A stretch of DNA of 64,000 nucleotides, taken from positions 25,313 to 89,312 of the forward strand of contig CANKBT010000001.1 in assembly GCA_947479995.1 (NCBI GenBank), read 5' to 3'. Of the stretch, positions 36,325 to 47,141 are shown in pieces. Both the position numbers and the translations under genes were made by a program. The notes beneath the pieces were generated by a model that was given only the letters and a program-made list of their open reading frames with translations, was not told where the DNA came from and made no database searches. The stretch comes from Frankiaceae bacterium (GTDB lineage: Bacteria > Actinomycetota > Actinomycetes > Mycobacteriales > SCTD01). Position 1 is the stretch's first letter. Every line of letters starts with the position of its first letter.

Positions 36325-39231
36325 ATGGACCCTCTTCGACGTCCCGCGCTGCGCGCGCTGCTGGCCGTGTCCGCCCTGGGCCTGACGGCCGCGGGCACCG
36401 GCGCGGTCGCCGCCGCCACGCCTGCACCGGACCCGGTCACGCCGGCTCGCACGGTGCCCCACGCGCTCGTCCAGGACCGGGACGTGGACGACCGCCTCGC
36501 GCAGCCCGAGGACCGCTACGCGGTCGCCGGTGGCTGCTACACCCTCGAGGCGCCCGGGCAGGGGTACGTCACCCGCGCCGGAGCTGATCTGGCGCTGAGC
36601 CCGGACGCGGCCGCCGCGGTGCCGCTGCACTTCCAGGCCACCCGCCTCGGCGAGTACCTGCTGGCCACCAACGAAGGCCGGGACACCGCGCACGAGGGGG
36701 CGTGGTGGGACGTGCGCAACTACGTCGCCGCCGGAGCGCTCGGCGGCGCCGCCATCGGCCTCTCCCAGGCGCCCAGCGAGGACGCCGAGTGGCGCCTGGT
36801 GGCCGCCGCGGAGGACCCGGACGCCAGGACCAAGGGCAACGGCACCCAGAGGTACGTCCTGTCGGTCCCCTCGCGAGACCAGGCGCTGGCCGCGCAGGGG
36901 GGCGACGTGGTCCTCGTCGACGGCGCCGCCGGTACCCCGCTGGTGGTGCGACACGTGCCGGACGACGACCCGTCCGACACCGACCGCAACGGCACGGCCT
37001 GCGCCACCTGGCCGGAGATCGAGACCGGTGCGTCCGGCAAGCCGCAGCCGGTCAAGGGCAGCCCGGCCCAGCGTGTGCAGGGCTTCTTCGAGGCGCACGT
37101 GCACGGCATGGCCTTCGAGTTCCTCGGCGGCGAACTGCGCTGCGGCCGGCCGTGGCACGAGTACGGCGTGGAGCACGCGCTCGGCAACTGCTTCGCGGAG
37201 AAGAACCTGCTCAACGGCGTCCTCGAGGTGCCGCTGGGCGGCCAGGACCCTGCCTACGCGCTCGAGTACGACCCGCAGGGCTGGCCGACCTTCGCCAGCT
37301 GGCCGCGCAACCGGACGCTGACCCACGAGCAGTTCTACTGGCGCTGGCTCGAGCGCGCGCACGCCGGCGGCCTGCGTCTCATGACGAACCTGCTGGTGGA
37401 GAACACCGCCCTGTGTGCCGTCTACCCCGTCAAGCGCAACTCCTGCAACGAGATGGACGGCGTGCGCCTGCAGGCGCAGCGGCTGTTCGAGCTGCAGGAC
37501 TACGTCGACGCCCAGAACGGCGGACCCGGCGAAGGCTGGTTCCGCATCGTCACCTCCCCGGCGCAGGCCCGCGAGACGATCAACGCCGGCCGGCTCGCCG
37601 TCGTGCTCGGCATCGAGAACTCCGAGCTGTTCGACTGCCGGGAGGTGCTCGACCAGCCGCAGTGCACCCCGGAGCAGATCGACGAGCGGCTGCAGGAGGT
37701 CGTCGACATGGGCGTGCGGCAGCTGCAGATCGTCAACAAGTTCGACAACGCCCTGACCGGCGTCACGGGTGACAACGGCGTCACCGGCATCATCGTCAAC
37801 GCGGGCAACAAGCTGATCACGCAGCACTTCTGGGACATGCGCTCCTGCGAGGAGGACGGTCACAGCCACGAGCACGGGGTGCCGGGCGACGAGCACGACC
37901 GCACCCAGCCCAGCCCGCTGGAGCCGGCGCCGGAGGGCGTCGACGCCCTCGCCGGTCGCGTGCTCGACCAGTTCGGCGGCCTGACGAGCACCGCCCTGCC
38001 CGTCTACGGCCCGGGCCCGCACTGCAACGAGCGAGGGCTCACCCCGCTCGGTGAGCACGTGATCCGGGCGGCCATCGACAAGGGTCTCATCTTCGACCCC
38101 GACCACATGAGCGCCCGGGCGCAGCGGGAGGCCATGGACCTCATCGAGAAGCAGATCGTCCCGCAGGAGCGGGAGCAGGCCGCGGCCGAGGGGCGAGCGC
38201 CCGTGCAGCCGTCGGTGATCTCCAGCCACAGCTGGGCCAACGACGTGGTCTACCAGCGCATCTACAGGCTGGACGGCGTCGTCGCACCCCGCACCCAGGA
38301 CGCCGGGGCGTTCGTCGACAGCTGGGCCCAGCACCGGGACTTCGCCGCCCGCAACGCCCCGGAGGGCTACGACTTCGGTCTGGGCTACGGCGCCGACACC
38401 AACGGTCTGGGCGGCCAGCCCGGCCCGCGTGCCGAGGCGGCGACCCGGGTCGACTACAGCAGGCCGTTCGCCGCGCCCATCGGTGGGGTGACCCTGAGCC
38501 AGCAGCGCAGCGGCCTGCGGACGTTCGACGTCAACACCGAGGGTGTCAGCCACTACGGCCTGTTCGCCGACTGGTTCCACGAGCTGACCCTGGCCGCCGA
38601 CGAGCGGCAGCCCGCGCTCGGCGGCGGCGACGCGATCCTGGCGGACATGCTCGACGGGGCCGAGACGTACCTGCAGATGTGGGAGCGGCTGGTCTACGGC
38701 GGCAACGACTGCGTCAACGACCTGTCGACCTTCCAGCTGGAGGACCTGAACGCGCTGCTGGGGCTGAACGTGGAGGGCTTCCTGAAGGCCATCGGGTCGC
38801 CGGTCTCGCGAGAGGGCGACGCGTACGTCTACTGCGTGCAGGGCGAGGGCGGCGAGCCCGAGCAGGTCGAGGTGGTCTTCGGCGACGACGGCAGCGCCGA
38901 GGAGGTCCGCGACCGCGAGACCCTCACCGGCGCCGCGCCGAGCAGCGCCGCGCCGTCGGACGTGCAGGGGCGTGCGGCAGCCGACGGACCGGGCGCGGCG
39001 CCGGGAGCCCTGGCGCGCGGCGGCGTCGACGAGCCGCACCGGCACACCGGCGACGAGCCGGCAGGTCACCACGACACGGCCGGGCCGGGCCGGGCCCTCG
39101 CCAGCCCCGCCGGTGCGTCCTCGTTCGGCACGCCGGCAGGCGTCGCGATCGGCCTGCTGGCCGTCCTGGCCGCCGCGCTGCTGGCGGCCAACACCGTGGT
39201 CGGGCGTCGTCGGGAGCAGTCCCGCTCCTGA
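36325..39231 (+). CDS. Large secreted amidohydrolase-fold (membrane-dipeptidase-like) protein with a C-terminal TM anchor
   Basis: ATG 36325 gives a signal peptide (LRALLAVSALGLTAAGTGAVAAA). It has an HxH motif (FFEAHVHGMAF), VVLGIENSELF, MGVRQLQIVNKFDNAL, IFDPDHMS and VISSHSW. The C-terminal GVAIGLLAVLAAALLAANTVVGRRREQ has no LPXTG. The family assignment is tentative. Confidence 0.55.
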   Translation: MDPLRRPALRALLAVSALGLTAAGTGAVAAATPAPDPVTPARTVPHALVQDRDVDDRLAQPEDRYAVAGGCYTLEAPGQGYVTRAGADLALSPDAAAAVPLHFQATRLGEYLLATNEGRDTAHEGAWWDVRNYVAAGALGGAAIGLSQAPSEDAEWRLVAAAEDPDARTKGNGTQRYVLSVPSRDQALAAQGGDVVLVDGAAGTPLVVRHVPDDDPSDTDRNGTACATWPEIETGASGKPQPVKGSPAQRVQGFFEAHVHGMAFEFLGGELRCGRPWHEYGVEHALGNCFAEKNLLNGVLEVPLGGQDPAYALEYDPQGWPTFASWPRNRTLTHEQFYWRWLERAHAGGLRLMTNLLVENTALCAVYPVKRNSCNEMDGVRLQAQRLFELQDYVDAQNGGPGEGWFRIVTSPAQARETINAGRLAVVLGIENSELFDCREVLDQPQCTPEQIDERLQEVVDMGVRQLQIVNKFDNALTGVTGDNGVTGIIVNAGNKLITQHFWDMRSCEEDGHSHEHGVPGDEHDRTQPSPLEPAPEGVDALAGRVLDQFGGLTSTALPVYGPGPHCNERGLTPLGEHVIRAAIDKGLIFDPDHMSARAQREAMDLIEKQIVPQEREQAAAEGRAPVQPSVISSHSWANDVVYQRIYRLDGVVAPRTQDAGAFVDSWAQHRDFAARNAPEGYDFGLGYGADTNGLGGQPGPRAEAATRVDYSRPFAAPIGGVTLSQQRSGLRTFDVNTEGVSHYGLFADWFHELTLAADERQPALGGGDAILADMLDGAETYLQMWERLVYGGNDCVNDLSTFQLEDLNALLGLNVEGFLKAIGSPVSREGDAYVYCVQGEGGEPEQVEVVFGDDGSAEEVRDRETLTGAAPSSAAPSDVQGRAAADGPGAAPGALARGGVDEPHRHTGDEPAGHHDTAGPGRALASPAGASSFGTPAGVAIGLLAVLAAALLAANTVVGRRREQSRS

Positions 39232-40857
39232 TCAGTCGGGCCGCCCCGTCGACCGCCAGCGCAGCACTCCCGCGGTCGCCAGCAGTGCCAGGGCGGTCAG
39301 GCCGGACGCCGTCGCCGCACCGGTGGCGGGCAGGTTGCGGGCCCGTGCCCCCGCCAGGGCGGGCCGCCCGTCGTCCGGTGCACCGGGTCGGACCTCGGGG
39401 CCGCCCGCCGGCGGGCCGGCCGCGGGCGGTGCAGCGGGCCCGGCGGCCGGCGGTGCCGGCGACGAGCCGAACACGCCGTTGGTGAGCCGCACGACGTGGA
39501 ACCCCGACTCCTGGCCGCTGATCCACAGCTCCGACCGCTCGGGCACGAACGCCACGGTCGACCCGGTGTGCAGGCAGGGCTTCGGTCCGGCGCCCGCGAC
39601 CAGGCAGTCCTGCGCGGCCGGCGGGCTGAAGTACGCGACCTCACGCGGGGCGACCGGATCGGTGATGTCGAAGACGCGCACGCCCGAGCGGAGCATCGCG
39701 CAGGCGACGATACCGGGCTCGACCAGGCGCGGGACGCTGCAGAAGTGCCCGCTGTACGGACCGCCGATCAGCGCCGGCGTGTCGCCGGCGACGACCTCGG
39801 CGTTCTCGGGCTCGTGGACCTGCAGCCGCAGGTTGCTCACCACCCGTGGCGCCTGCTCGTCGCTGATGTCGATGATGCGCGACGCCCCGATCGTGCTGCC
39901 GGAGCTGAACTCGTCGCTCTCGATGACGTAGGGCCGGCCGCCGATGGTCACGGGGATGGTCGACTGCGGGATGCTGATCTCCGGCCAGCTCACGCGGCTG
40001 ACGACCTCGAAGCCGGCGCCGGGCTCGCGGGCCTGGATCCCGCTGACGTCGTAGATGATCATCCCGGCGTCCGGGCCGCTCGTGACGGTGTCGTACAGCC
40101 GGTTGCCGTCCGCGCTGACCGACAGCCCGTGCGAGCTGACCTGCTCGACGGCGATCGGCACGGGCAGCCGGGGATCGCTGATGTCGACCGCGGTCAGCGT
40201 GCCGCCGCCGGTGCTGCCGACGTAGTAGGTGTTGCCGTCCGGCGACAAGCCGCCCTCGTGCCCGAGGATGCCGCCCAGGTTAAGCGAGCTGAGGAGTCGG
40301 GGGCTGCGGCAGTCCGTCGCGACGTCGTACACGTCGACGATGCCCGGCAGGGTCGCGAGGTTGCCGGTGACCGCGACGAGCAGGCCGCGGGCCTGGCTCA
40401 GGCTCATCGACTCGTGCGGCGTGGCCATCGCCGGCGAGCGCAGGAAGGCCGTCTCCACCGGGTTCCCGGGATCGCTGACGTCCATGACGTAGGTCCCGGC
40501 CCGCAGCGGGTCGGTGGCCAGGAACAGCGGCGCGCCGCCGGGCTCGCCGTTGTAGTAGGCGCAGTCCCCGTAGCGCTCGACCCGCCAGCCGGCGCTGCTG
40601 GGGAAGAAGCCCACCTCCTCGGCGTTACAGGTGTAGCCCTGCGCGGCGCGGCCGCTGGCGACGTCCTCCGGCGGGATCCGGCCCTGCAGCCCGGTCTCGG
40701 GTCGTGAGCCCGGGCCGCACACCGCGGTCGGGACCGCGCCGCTGCGTGGGCCTTCTTCCGCGCTCGCCGAGGCCAGCATGCCGGTCGCTGCGGCGACGAG
40801 CGCCAGGGCGGCGCTGACGAGCAGCAACGGGCTGCGGTCCGGCCAGGTGCGTGTCAT
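39232..40857 (-). CDS. LVIVD-repeat beta-propeller surface protein with an LPXTG sortase signal
   Basis: Signal peptide (LLLVSAALALVAAATGMLASASA). Repeated hydrophobic-DxSDPxxP units (YVMDVSDPGNP, LTAVDISDPRLP, SRIIDISDEQAP, VRVFDITDPVAP). A Pro/Ala linker is followed by LPATG, a hydrophobic stretch, and RWRSTGRPD. Confidence 0.7.
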   Translation of the reverse strand: MTRTWPDRSPLLLVSAALALVAAATGMLASASAEEGPRSGAVPTAVCGPGSRPETGLQGRIPPEDVASGRAAQGYTCNAEEVGFFPSSAGWRVERYGDCAYYNGEPGGAPLFLATDPLRAGTYVMDVSDPGNPVETAFLRSPAMATPHESMSLSQARGLLVAVTGNLATLPGIVDVYDVATDCRSPRLLSSLNLGGILGHEGGLSPDGNTYYVGSTGGGTLTAVDISDPRLPVPIAVEQVSSHGLSVSADGNRLYDTVTSGPDAGMIIYDVSGIQAREPGAGFEVVSRVSWPEISIPQSTIPVTIGGRPYVIESDEFSSGSTIGASRIIDISDEQAPRVVSNLRLQVHEPENAEVVAGDTPALIGGPYSGHFCSVPRLVEPGIVACAMLRSGVRVFDITDPVAPREVAYFSPPAAQDCLVAGAGPKPCLHTGSTVAFVPERSELWISGQESGFHVVRLTNGVFGSSPAPPAAGPAAPPAAGPPAGGPEVRPGAPDDGRPALAGARARNLPATGAATASGLTALALLATAGVLRWRSTGRPD

Positions 40858-41102
40858 GGGGACTCCCCGGTGTGCAGTGCCGTGCGCCAGCCGGACCGGC
40901 GCCTGATCAGGGCAGTCTGCCGTGCCCGGCTCCGGCAGTCCCTCGTCCCCCGTGCAGCGGTCGAGGCGGACCCAGCACTGCCGGCGGTGGGACGTGGTCC
41001 CGGCCGCCCGCCGGCGGTCGTCCCGGCCGCGTCGTGCGGCGGCCTGAGCGCGGTCACGCAGCTCGCTCTCGCGCCGACAGGTGGCGGCGAGCGGCCGACG
41101 GC

Positions 41103-41507
41103 TCAGCGCATCCCGGGTCGCCGCCGCCTGGACGCGACGCCGACCGCAAGGGCGAGTGCGGCGCCTGCGCCGATCAGGAGGGACCACCGTGGACCGCCCT
41201 CCGCGCCCTGACGCGGCGCAGCCGGACCAGGGGTCCAGCGGGTCGCTCCCGCCAGGACGACCGCTCGCCCGTCGACCTCGAGCGGGACCTCCCAGCGGGA
41301 CAGCTCGCGCTCCTGCCGGGAGGTGAGCACCTCCTCCGGCAGGTCCAGGGGCGCCCGTGCCCGAGGTTCCGCCCACGCGAACGACGGGGTGCCCGAGACG
41401 ACCTGCCACTCGACGCCGCCGGCCGGCCGGGCGGCGTCCAGGCCGGTGCTGCCCCGGGCGAGCTCGTGGACGACCTCTTCCCTGACGACCCGCCGGCACC
41501 GGCCCAC
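41103..41507 (-). CDS. Hypothetical small tail-anchored protein
   Basis: Codon third positions are mostly G/C. The C-terminus has a hydrophobic segment and basic tail (WSLLIGAGAALALAVGVASRRRRPGMR). There is no signal peptide and no LPXTG. The start (GTG 41507 or TTG 41567) is uncertain. Confidence 0.3.
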   Translation of the reverse strand: MGRCRRVVREEVVHELARGSTGLDAARPAGGVEWQVVSGTPSFAWAEPRARAPLDLPEEVLTSRQERELSRWEVPLEVDGRAVVLAGATRWTPGPAAPRQGAEGGPRWSLLIGAGAALALAVGVASRRRRPGMR

Positions 41508-41542
41508 ACCTCTCGCCCCGTCACCGCCGAACTGGAGACCCC

Positions 41543-43144
41543 GTGACCACGGACACCACCACGCCAAGCGCAGAGGTGAGCAAGCAGGAGCTACGCGGCG
41601 TGCTCGCCGGCGTCATGCTCGGCATGCTCGTCGCCGCACTGGCGCAGACCATCGTCGCGACCGCGCTGCCCACGATGGTCGGCGAGCTCGGCGGTCAGGA
41701 CCAGCTGTCCTGGGTGGTCAGCGCGACGCTGCTCGCGGCGACCGCCTCCACACCGCTGTGGGGCAAGCTGTCGGACGTCTACGGGCGCAAGCGGCTGTTC
41801 CAGCTCGCCCTCGGCATCTTCGTGGTCGGCTCGGCCCTCGCCGGCCTCAGCCAGGACATGCTGCAGCTGGTCGCGTTCCGGGCTCTGCAGGGGCTCGGTG
41901 TCGGCGGCCTCATGGCGCTGTCGCAGGCCATCATCGGCGATGTCGTGCCGCCGCGGGAACGTGGCCGGTACCAGGGCCTGATCGGGTCCTCCTTCGGTGT
42001 GGCCACGATCGGCGGCCCGCTGCTGGGCGGCTTCCTGGTGGACAGCGCCTCCTGGCGCTGGTGCTTCTTCATCAGCGTGCCGATCGGCCTGCTGGCCATG
42101 GGCGTCGTCCAGCGGTCTCTGCACCTGCGCCTCGAGCGGCAGCGGCACGCCATCGACTGGACCGGCGCGACCCTGCTCGTCGCCGGGACGTCCGCCCTGC
42201 TGCTGCTGGCGTCCCTGGGGGGCAAGGAGTTCGCCTGGACGTCGAGCACGTCGATCGGGCTGGCTGTCGCCGCCGCGCTGCTGCTCGCGGCCACCGTGTG
42301 GCAGGAGCACCGGGCCGCCGAGCCCATCCTCCCGCCGGCCCTGCTCCGCATCCGCACCGTGGCGCTCGCCTCGGCGGCGAGCTTCTTCGTCGGTGTCGCG
42401 ATGTTCGGCGCCATCATCTACCTGCCGCTGTACCTGCAGATCGTTCAGGGGGAGAGCCCCACGGCGTCCGGCCTGCTGACGCTGCCGCTGGTGGCCGGCC
42501 TGCTGACCACCTCGATCATCTCGGGTCGGCGGATCAGCCACACCGGGCGGTACCGCGCCTGGCCGATCGCCGGCATGGTCATCGCGAGCGTCGGCTTCGC
42601 GCTGCTGTCGCTCGTCGAGACCGACACCTCGCTGGTCGAGCTCGGCGTCTACCAGGCCGTCGTCGGCGCCGGCATCGGCATGGTGATGCAGGTGATGGTG
42701 CTCATCTCCCAGAACGCCGTCCCCGTCCGCATGCTCGGCGTCGCCACCTCCACCGTGACGTTCTTCCGCTCCCTGGGCGGCGCGATGGGCGTCGCGATCC
42801 TCGGCGCGGTCCTGTCCAACCGGCTCACCGTCGAGATCGGCGAGCGCCTGCGCCCGCTCGGTCCCGAGGCGGCGACGGCCGCGGGCGGCGGCACGCTCGG
42901 GACGCCCGACGCCGTCCAGGCGCTGCCCGGGCCGGTTCGCGACGCCGTGATCGAGGGCTTCGCCGCGTCGCTGCACACCGTCTTCCTCGTGGCGGTGCCG
43001 TTCTCGGTGGTCGGACTGCTGCTCGTGCTGCTGCTCCAGGAGGTCCCGCTGCGCACCACGACCTCGGACGACGCGGGCGAGCCCGAGGTGCTCGACGTGC
43101 CGTTCGAGGAGTCGGGGCTCGGGACCGGCTCGGCTCGGCCCTGA
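41543..43144 (+). CDS. MFS transporter, DHA2 (EmrB/QacA) type
   Basis: GTG start. It has WGKLSDVYGRKRLFQLALGIFVVGSALAG and LQGLGVGGLMALSQAIIGDVVPPRERG. It is about 14 TMS. Confidence 0.85.
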   Translation: MTTDTTTPSAEVSKQELRGVLAGVMLGMLVAALAQTIVATALPTMVGELGGQDQLSWVVSATLLAATASTPLWGKLSDVYGRKRLFQLALGIFVVGSALAGLSQDMLQLVAFRALQGLGVGGLMALSQAIIGDVVPPRERGRYQGLIGSSFGVATIGGPLLGGFLVDSASWRWCFFISVPIGLLAMGVVQRSLHLRLERQRHAIDWTGATLLVAGTSALLLLASLGGKEFAWTSSTSIGLAVAAALLLAATVWQEHRAAEPILPPALLRIRTVALASAASFFVGVAMFGAIIYLPLYLQIVQGESPTASGLLTLPLVAGLLTTSIISGRRISHTGRYRAWPIAGMVIASVGFALLSLVETDTSLVELGVYQAVVGAGIGMVMQVMVLISQNAVPVRMLGVATSTVTFFRSLGGAMGVAILGAVLSNRLTVEIGERLRPLGPEAATAAGGGTLGTPDAVQALPGPVRDAVIEGFAASLHTVFLVAVPFSVVGLLLVLLLQEVPLRTTTSDDAGEPEVLDVPFEESGLGTGSARP

Positions 43145-43172
43145 CGCTCGCCCCCTGACCCGTGAGTCCCCC

Positions 43173-43563
43173 ATGCAGTCCCGCACCCTCGGCAGACTTC
43201 CCGTCTCACGCTCGGCCTCGGCTGCATGGGCATGAGCGAGTTCTACGGACCAGGCGACGAGCAGGAGCCGCTCGCGACCATCGCCGCGACACGATCCGGC
43301 GCGCCCCCGCGGTGCACCCGTCACCGCCGGGCACACCGGGTGGTGGCTGTGGTCGGGGCGTCGAGGACGGGATCCTGCCGACGGTGCGCGAGCTCGGCAT
43401 CGGCTTCGTGCCGTACAGCCCGCTCGGCCGCGGGCTTCCTGACCGGCCAGGCGCGCTCGACGTGGAGCTCTCCGACGGGGACCTCGCGCGGCTGGACGAG
43501 CTGGCGCCGGTCGGCGTGGCGGCGGGCGACCGCTATCCCGACATGAGCAGCGTCAACCGGTGA
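43173..43563 (+). pseudogene. Aldo/keto reductase relic (multiple frameshifts and large internal deletions)
   Basis: AKR segments are scattered over three frames: [12 protein letters not shown] / [26 protein letters not shown] / IRRAPAVHP / [25 protein letters not shown] / FLTGQ / [25 protein letters not shown]. About 390 bp remain, where roughly 1 kb is expected. Confidence 0.7.
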
Positions 43564-43575
43564 GCGAGGACCGCG

Positions 43576-43972
43576 GTGGCCGGTGACCCCGGCGGCGATC
43601 CGACTGCTGCTGCCGTGCCCGCGTCGGCCGTCGATGGCCCAACGCCCCCCGCCGCGGCGCGCGGCCTGGCCGCCCGGCGGCTGCTGCGGCGGCTCGCGGT
43701 CGCCGTCGTCGGCTCGGCAGTCGTCGTCGTCGGACTGGTACTCGTCCCGCTGCCCGGCCCCGGCTGGGCCGTCGTCTTCACCGGCGTCGCCCTGCTGGGC
43801 ACCGAGTTCAGCTGGGCGGAACGGCTGCTGCACGGGGTCCGCCGCCGGCTGGCGCCAGTGACGGCGGCATGGGAACGGGTGCCGCGGGTCGTGCGCCGGG
43901 TCGTTGGGGGGGCTGGGCATCGCGGTCGCGGTCACGTCGGTCGCCGTCTCCCTGGTCGTGGTGGCTCGTTGA
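43576..43972 (+). pseudogene. PGPGW-motif small membrane protein with a frameshift in a G7 run
   Basis: VPLPGPGWAVVFTGVALLGTEFSWA. After GGGGGGG at 43906-43912 the annotated frame turns Arg/Gly-rich. With one G fewer it reads GGLGIAVAVTSVAVSLVVVAR-stop (TGA 43970-43972), a plausible final TM helix. Confidence 0.6.
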
Positions 43973-44105
43973 GCGCCGTGGCGCGGGTGCGGGCCGTGGC
44001 CCGGCCCCGCGCCGCGTACCGAGGCGCTCGTGGCGCCCGAGCCTGTCCACCAGTTCTCACCTGACCGACGCGTCCCTCTCGACATCGTCGTCGAGGACCC
44101 TCCGC

Positions 44106-44570
44106 TCACTCCGCCCGCAGCACGAAGCAGGAGGCGCGCCGTTCCAGCGCCCGGCCAGGGCAGAGGTGCAGCCGGGTGCGGTGCCCTCTGTACGGACAGG
44201 CGCTCACCACGATGGCCCGGGCTGCCAGCTCGACGGCGAGCCTGGTGAGCTCGCGCACGGGAGGGCCGTCCGTGGCGCGGACGGTGCCAGGGACACCTCG
44301 CTCCCGCAGGATCTCGGCGGCGGTCGCCAACGACTGCTCCTGCAACTGGGCAGCCCACAATGCCGCCACCCCGCTCGCGCTGGCGTCGATCCCGGCCGCC
44401 AGCGAGTGACGCGGGACGTGGAGCACGAGCACAGCGGCGGCGAGTTCCTCGGCGACGTCGGCCGCCAGCCGCACGGTCGGGTCGTGGTTGGTGCGTCCGT
44501 CCGTGCCGCACACCACGATCGGGCGACCGCCGCCGGTGACGACGGCGTGGTCCTCGAGCCTCACGTCCAC
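44106..44570 (-). CDS. Universal stress protein (UspA family)
   Basis: 154 aa. RPIVVCGTDGRTNHDPTVRLAADVAEELAAAVLVLHV ... ARAIVVSA matches the Usp alpha/beta layout. The family call is by eye. Confidence 0.65.
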   Translation of the reverse strand: MDVRLEDHAVVTGGGRPIVVCGTDGRTNHDPTVRLAADVAEELAAAVLVLHVPRHSLAAGIDASASGVAALWAAQLQEQSLATAAEILRERGVPGTVRATDGPPVRELTRLAVELAARAIVVSACPYRGHRTRLHLCPGRALERRASCFVLRAE

Positions 44571-44698
44571 GTGCCCTCCCTGCCCTCACGCAGCCGATCC
44601 TGCCTGTGCGACGGCCTGTCGGGAAGAGCTGCGCGAGCGCTCTCCTCGCCGTGGATGCGGTTCGACCGTCACCTGAGCGGGCGGAGCAGCCGAGGCGG

Positions 44699-46333
<1,635 letters not shown>

Positions 46334-46352
46334 GGGGTGCTCCTTCGGGGGA

Positions 46353-47141
46353 TCAGGGAATGGGGACGGTGGTCTCGGGGGCCCACGAGGGCCGGCGCTG
46401 CTCGAGCAGGGCGGAGATCCCTTCCCGCGCCTCGTCGGAGCCGAACCGCTCGAGCGAGAGCTGCCCCATGCGCCGCAGGTCGTCGGCCACGCTGTCGCCG
46501 GGCAGCTCGCGCAGCAGCGCCTTCGTGGCGGCCAACGCGCCGGGAGCGCCGAGGGCGAGCTGCTCGACGAGCTCGTCGACCGTGCGGTCGAGCTCGTCGG
46601 GAGCGACTGCGCGGTCCAGCAGGCCCACGTCGCGGGCACGGGTGCCGTCGAACGGAGCGCCGGTGAGGAACAGCTCGCGCGCGGCCTGCCGGTCCATCCG
46701 GCGCAGGCAGGTGACCGCGATGATCGCCGGCGCCACGCCGAGGCGCACCTCGCTGAACCCGAAGGTGGCGTCGGCGAGGCCGACGGCGAGGTCGCAGGCG
46801 GCGATCAGGCCGAGGCCCCCCGCGCGGGCAACGCCGTTGACCCGGGCCACGACCGGCAGCGGCGACTCCAGGATCGTGGTGAGGACGTCCGGGAAGCCGA
46901 CGACGGGTGGCGGGCCGCCCGCGCGCTGCTCCTTGAAGTCGGCGCCGGAGCAGAAGGCCGGACCCTCCCCGGTGAGCACGACGACGCGCACGTCGTCGTC
47001 GGCGGCCGCCCCCAGCAGTGCCGCGTGCAGCTGGGCCAGCAGGGCGCGGGACAGTGCGTTGCGGTTGTGCGGGCTGTCCAGGGTGAGGACGGCGGCGGGC
47101 CCGCGCCGGGAGACCTGGACCAGCCGGCCCTCGTCAGCCAC
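46353..47141 (-). CDS. Enoyl-CoA hydratase/isomerase (crotonase family)
   Basis: VVVLTGEGPAFCSGADFKE and ARVNGVARAGGLGLIAACDLAV. Confidence 0.85.
   Translation of the reverse strand: MADEGRLVQVSRRGPAAVLTLDSPHNRNALSRALLAQLHAALLGAAADDDVRVVVLTGEGPAFCSGADFKEQRAGGPPPVVGFPDVLTTILESPLPVVARVNGVARAGGLGLIAACDLAVGLADATFGFSEVRLGVAPAIIAVTCLRRMDRQAARELFLTGAPFDGTRARDVGLLDRAVAPDELDRTVDELVEQLALGAPGALAATKALLRELPGDSVADDLRRMGQLSLERFGSDEAREGISALLEQRRPSWAPETTVPIP

Noticed and set aside
23232-39072. Other very long shadow ORFs (23232..26720 -, 28954..31884 -, 29079..33290 +, 36034..39072 -, 33461..35977 +)
   Set aside because: All have low-complexity R/G/P/A/D-dominated translations with no family motifs. Each lies antisense or off-frame to a well-supported gene. 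Stop-poor alternative frames are expected at this G+C content.
39229-39234. TGATCA formed by the abutting stop codons of two convergent genes, considered as a regulatory palindrome
   Set aside because: It is a 6-bp palindrome created by TGA plus TCA. This is most likely coincidental, and no extended symmetry surrounds it.
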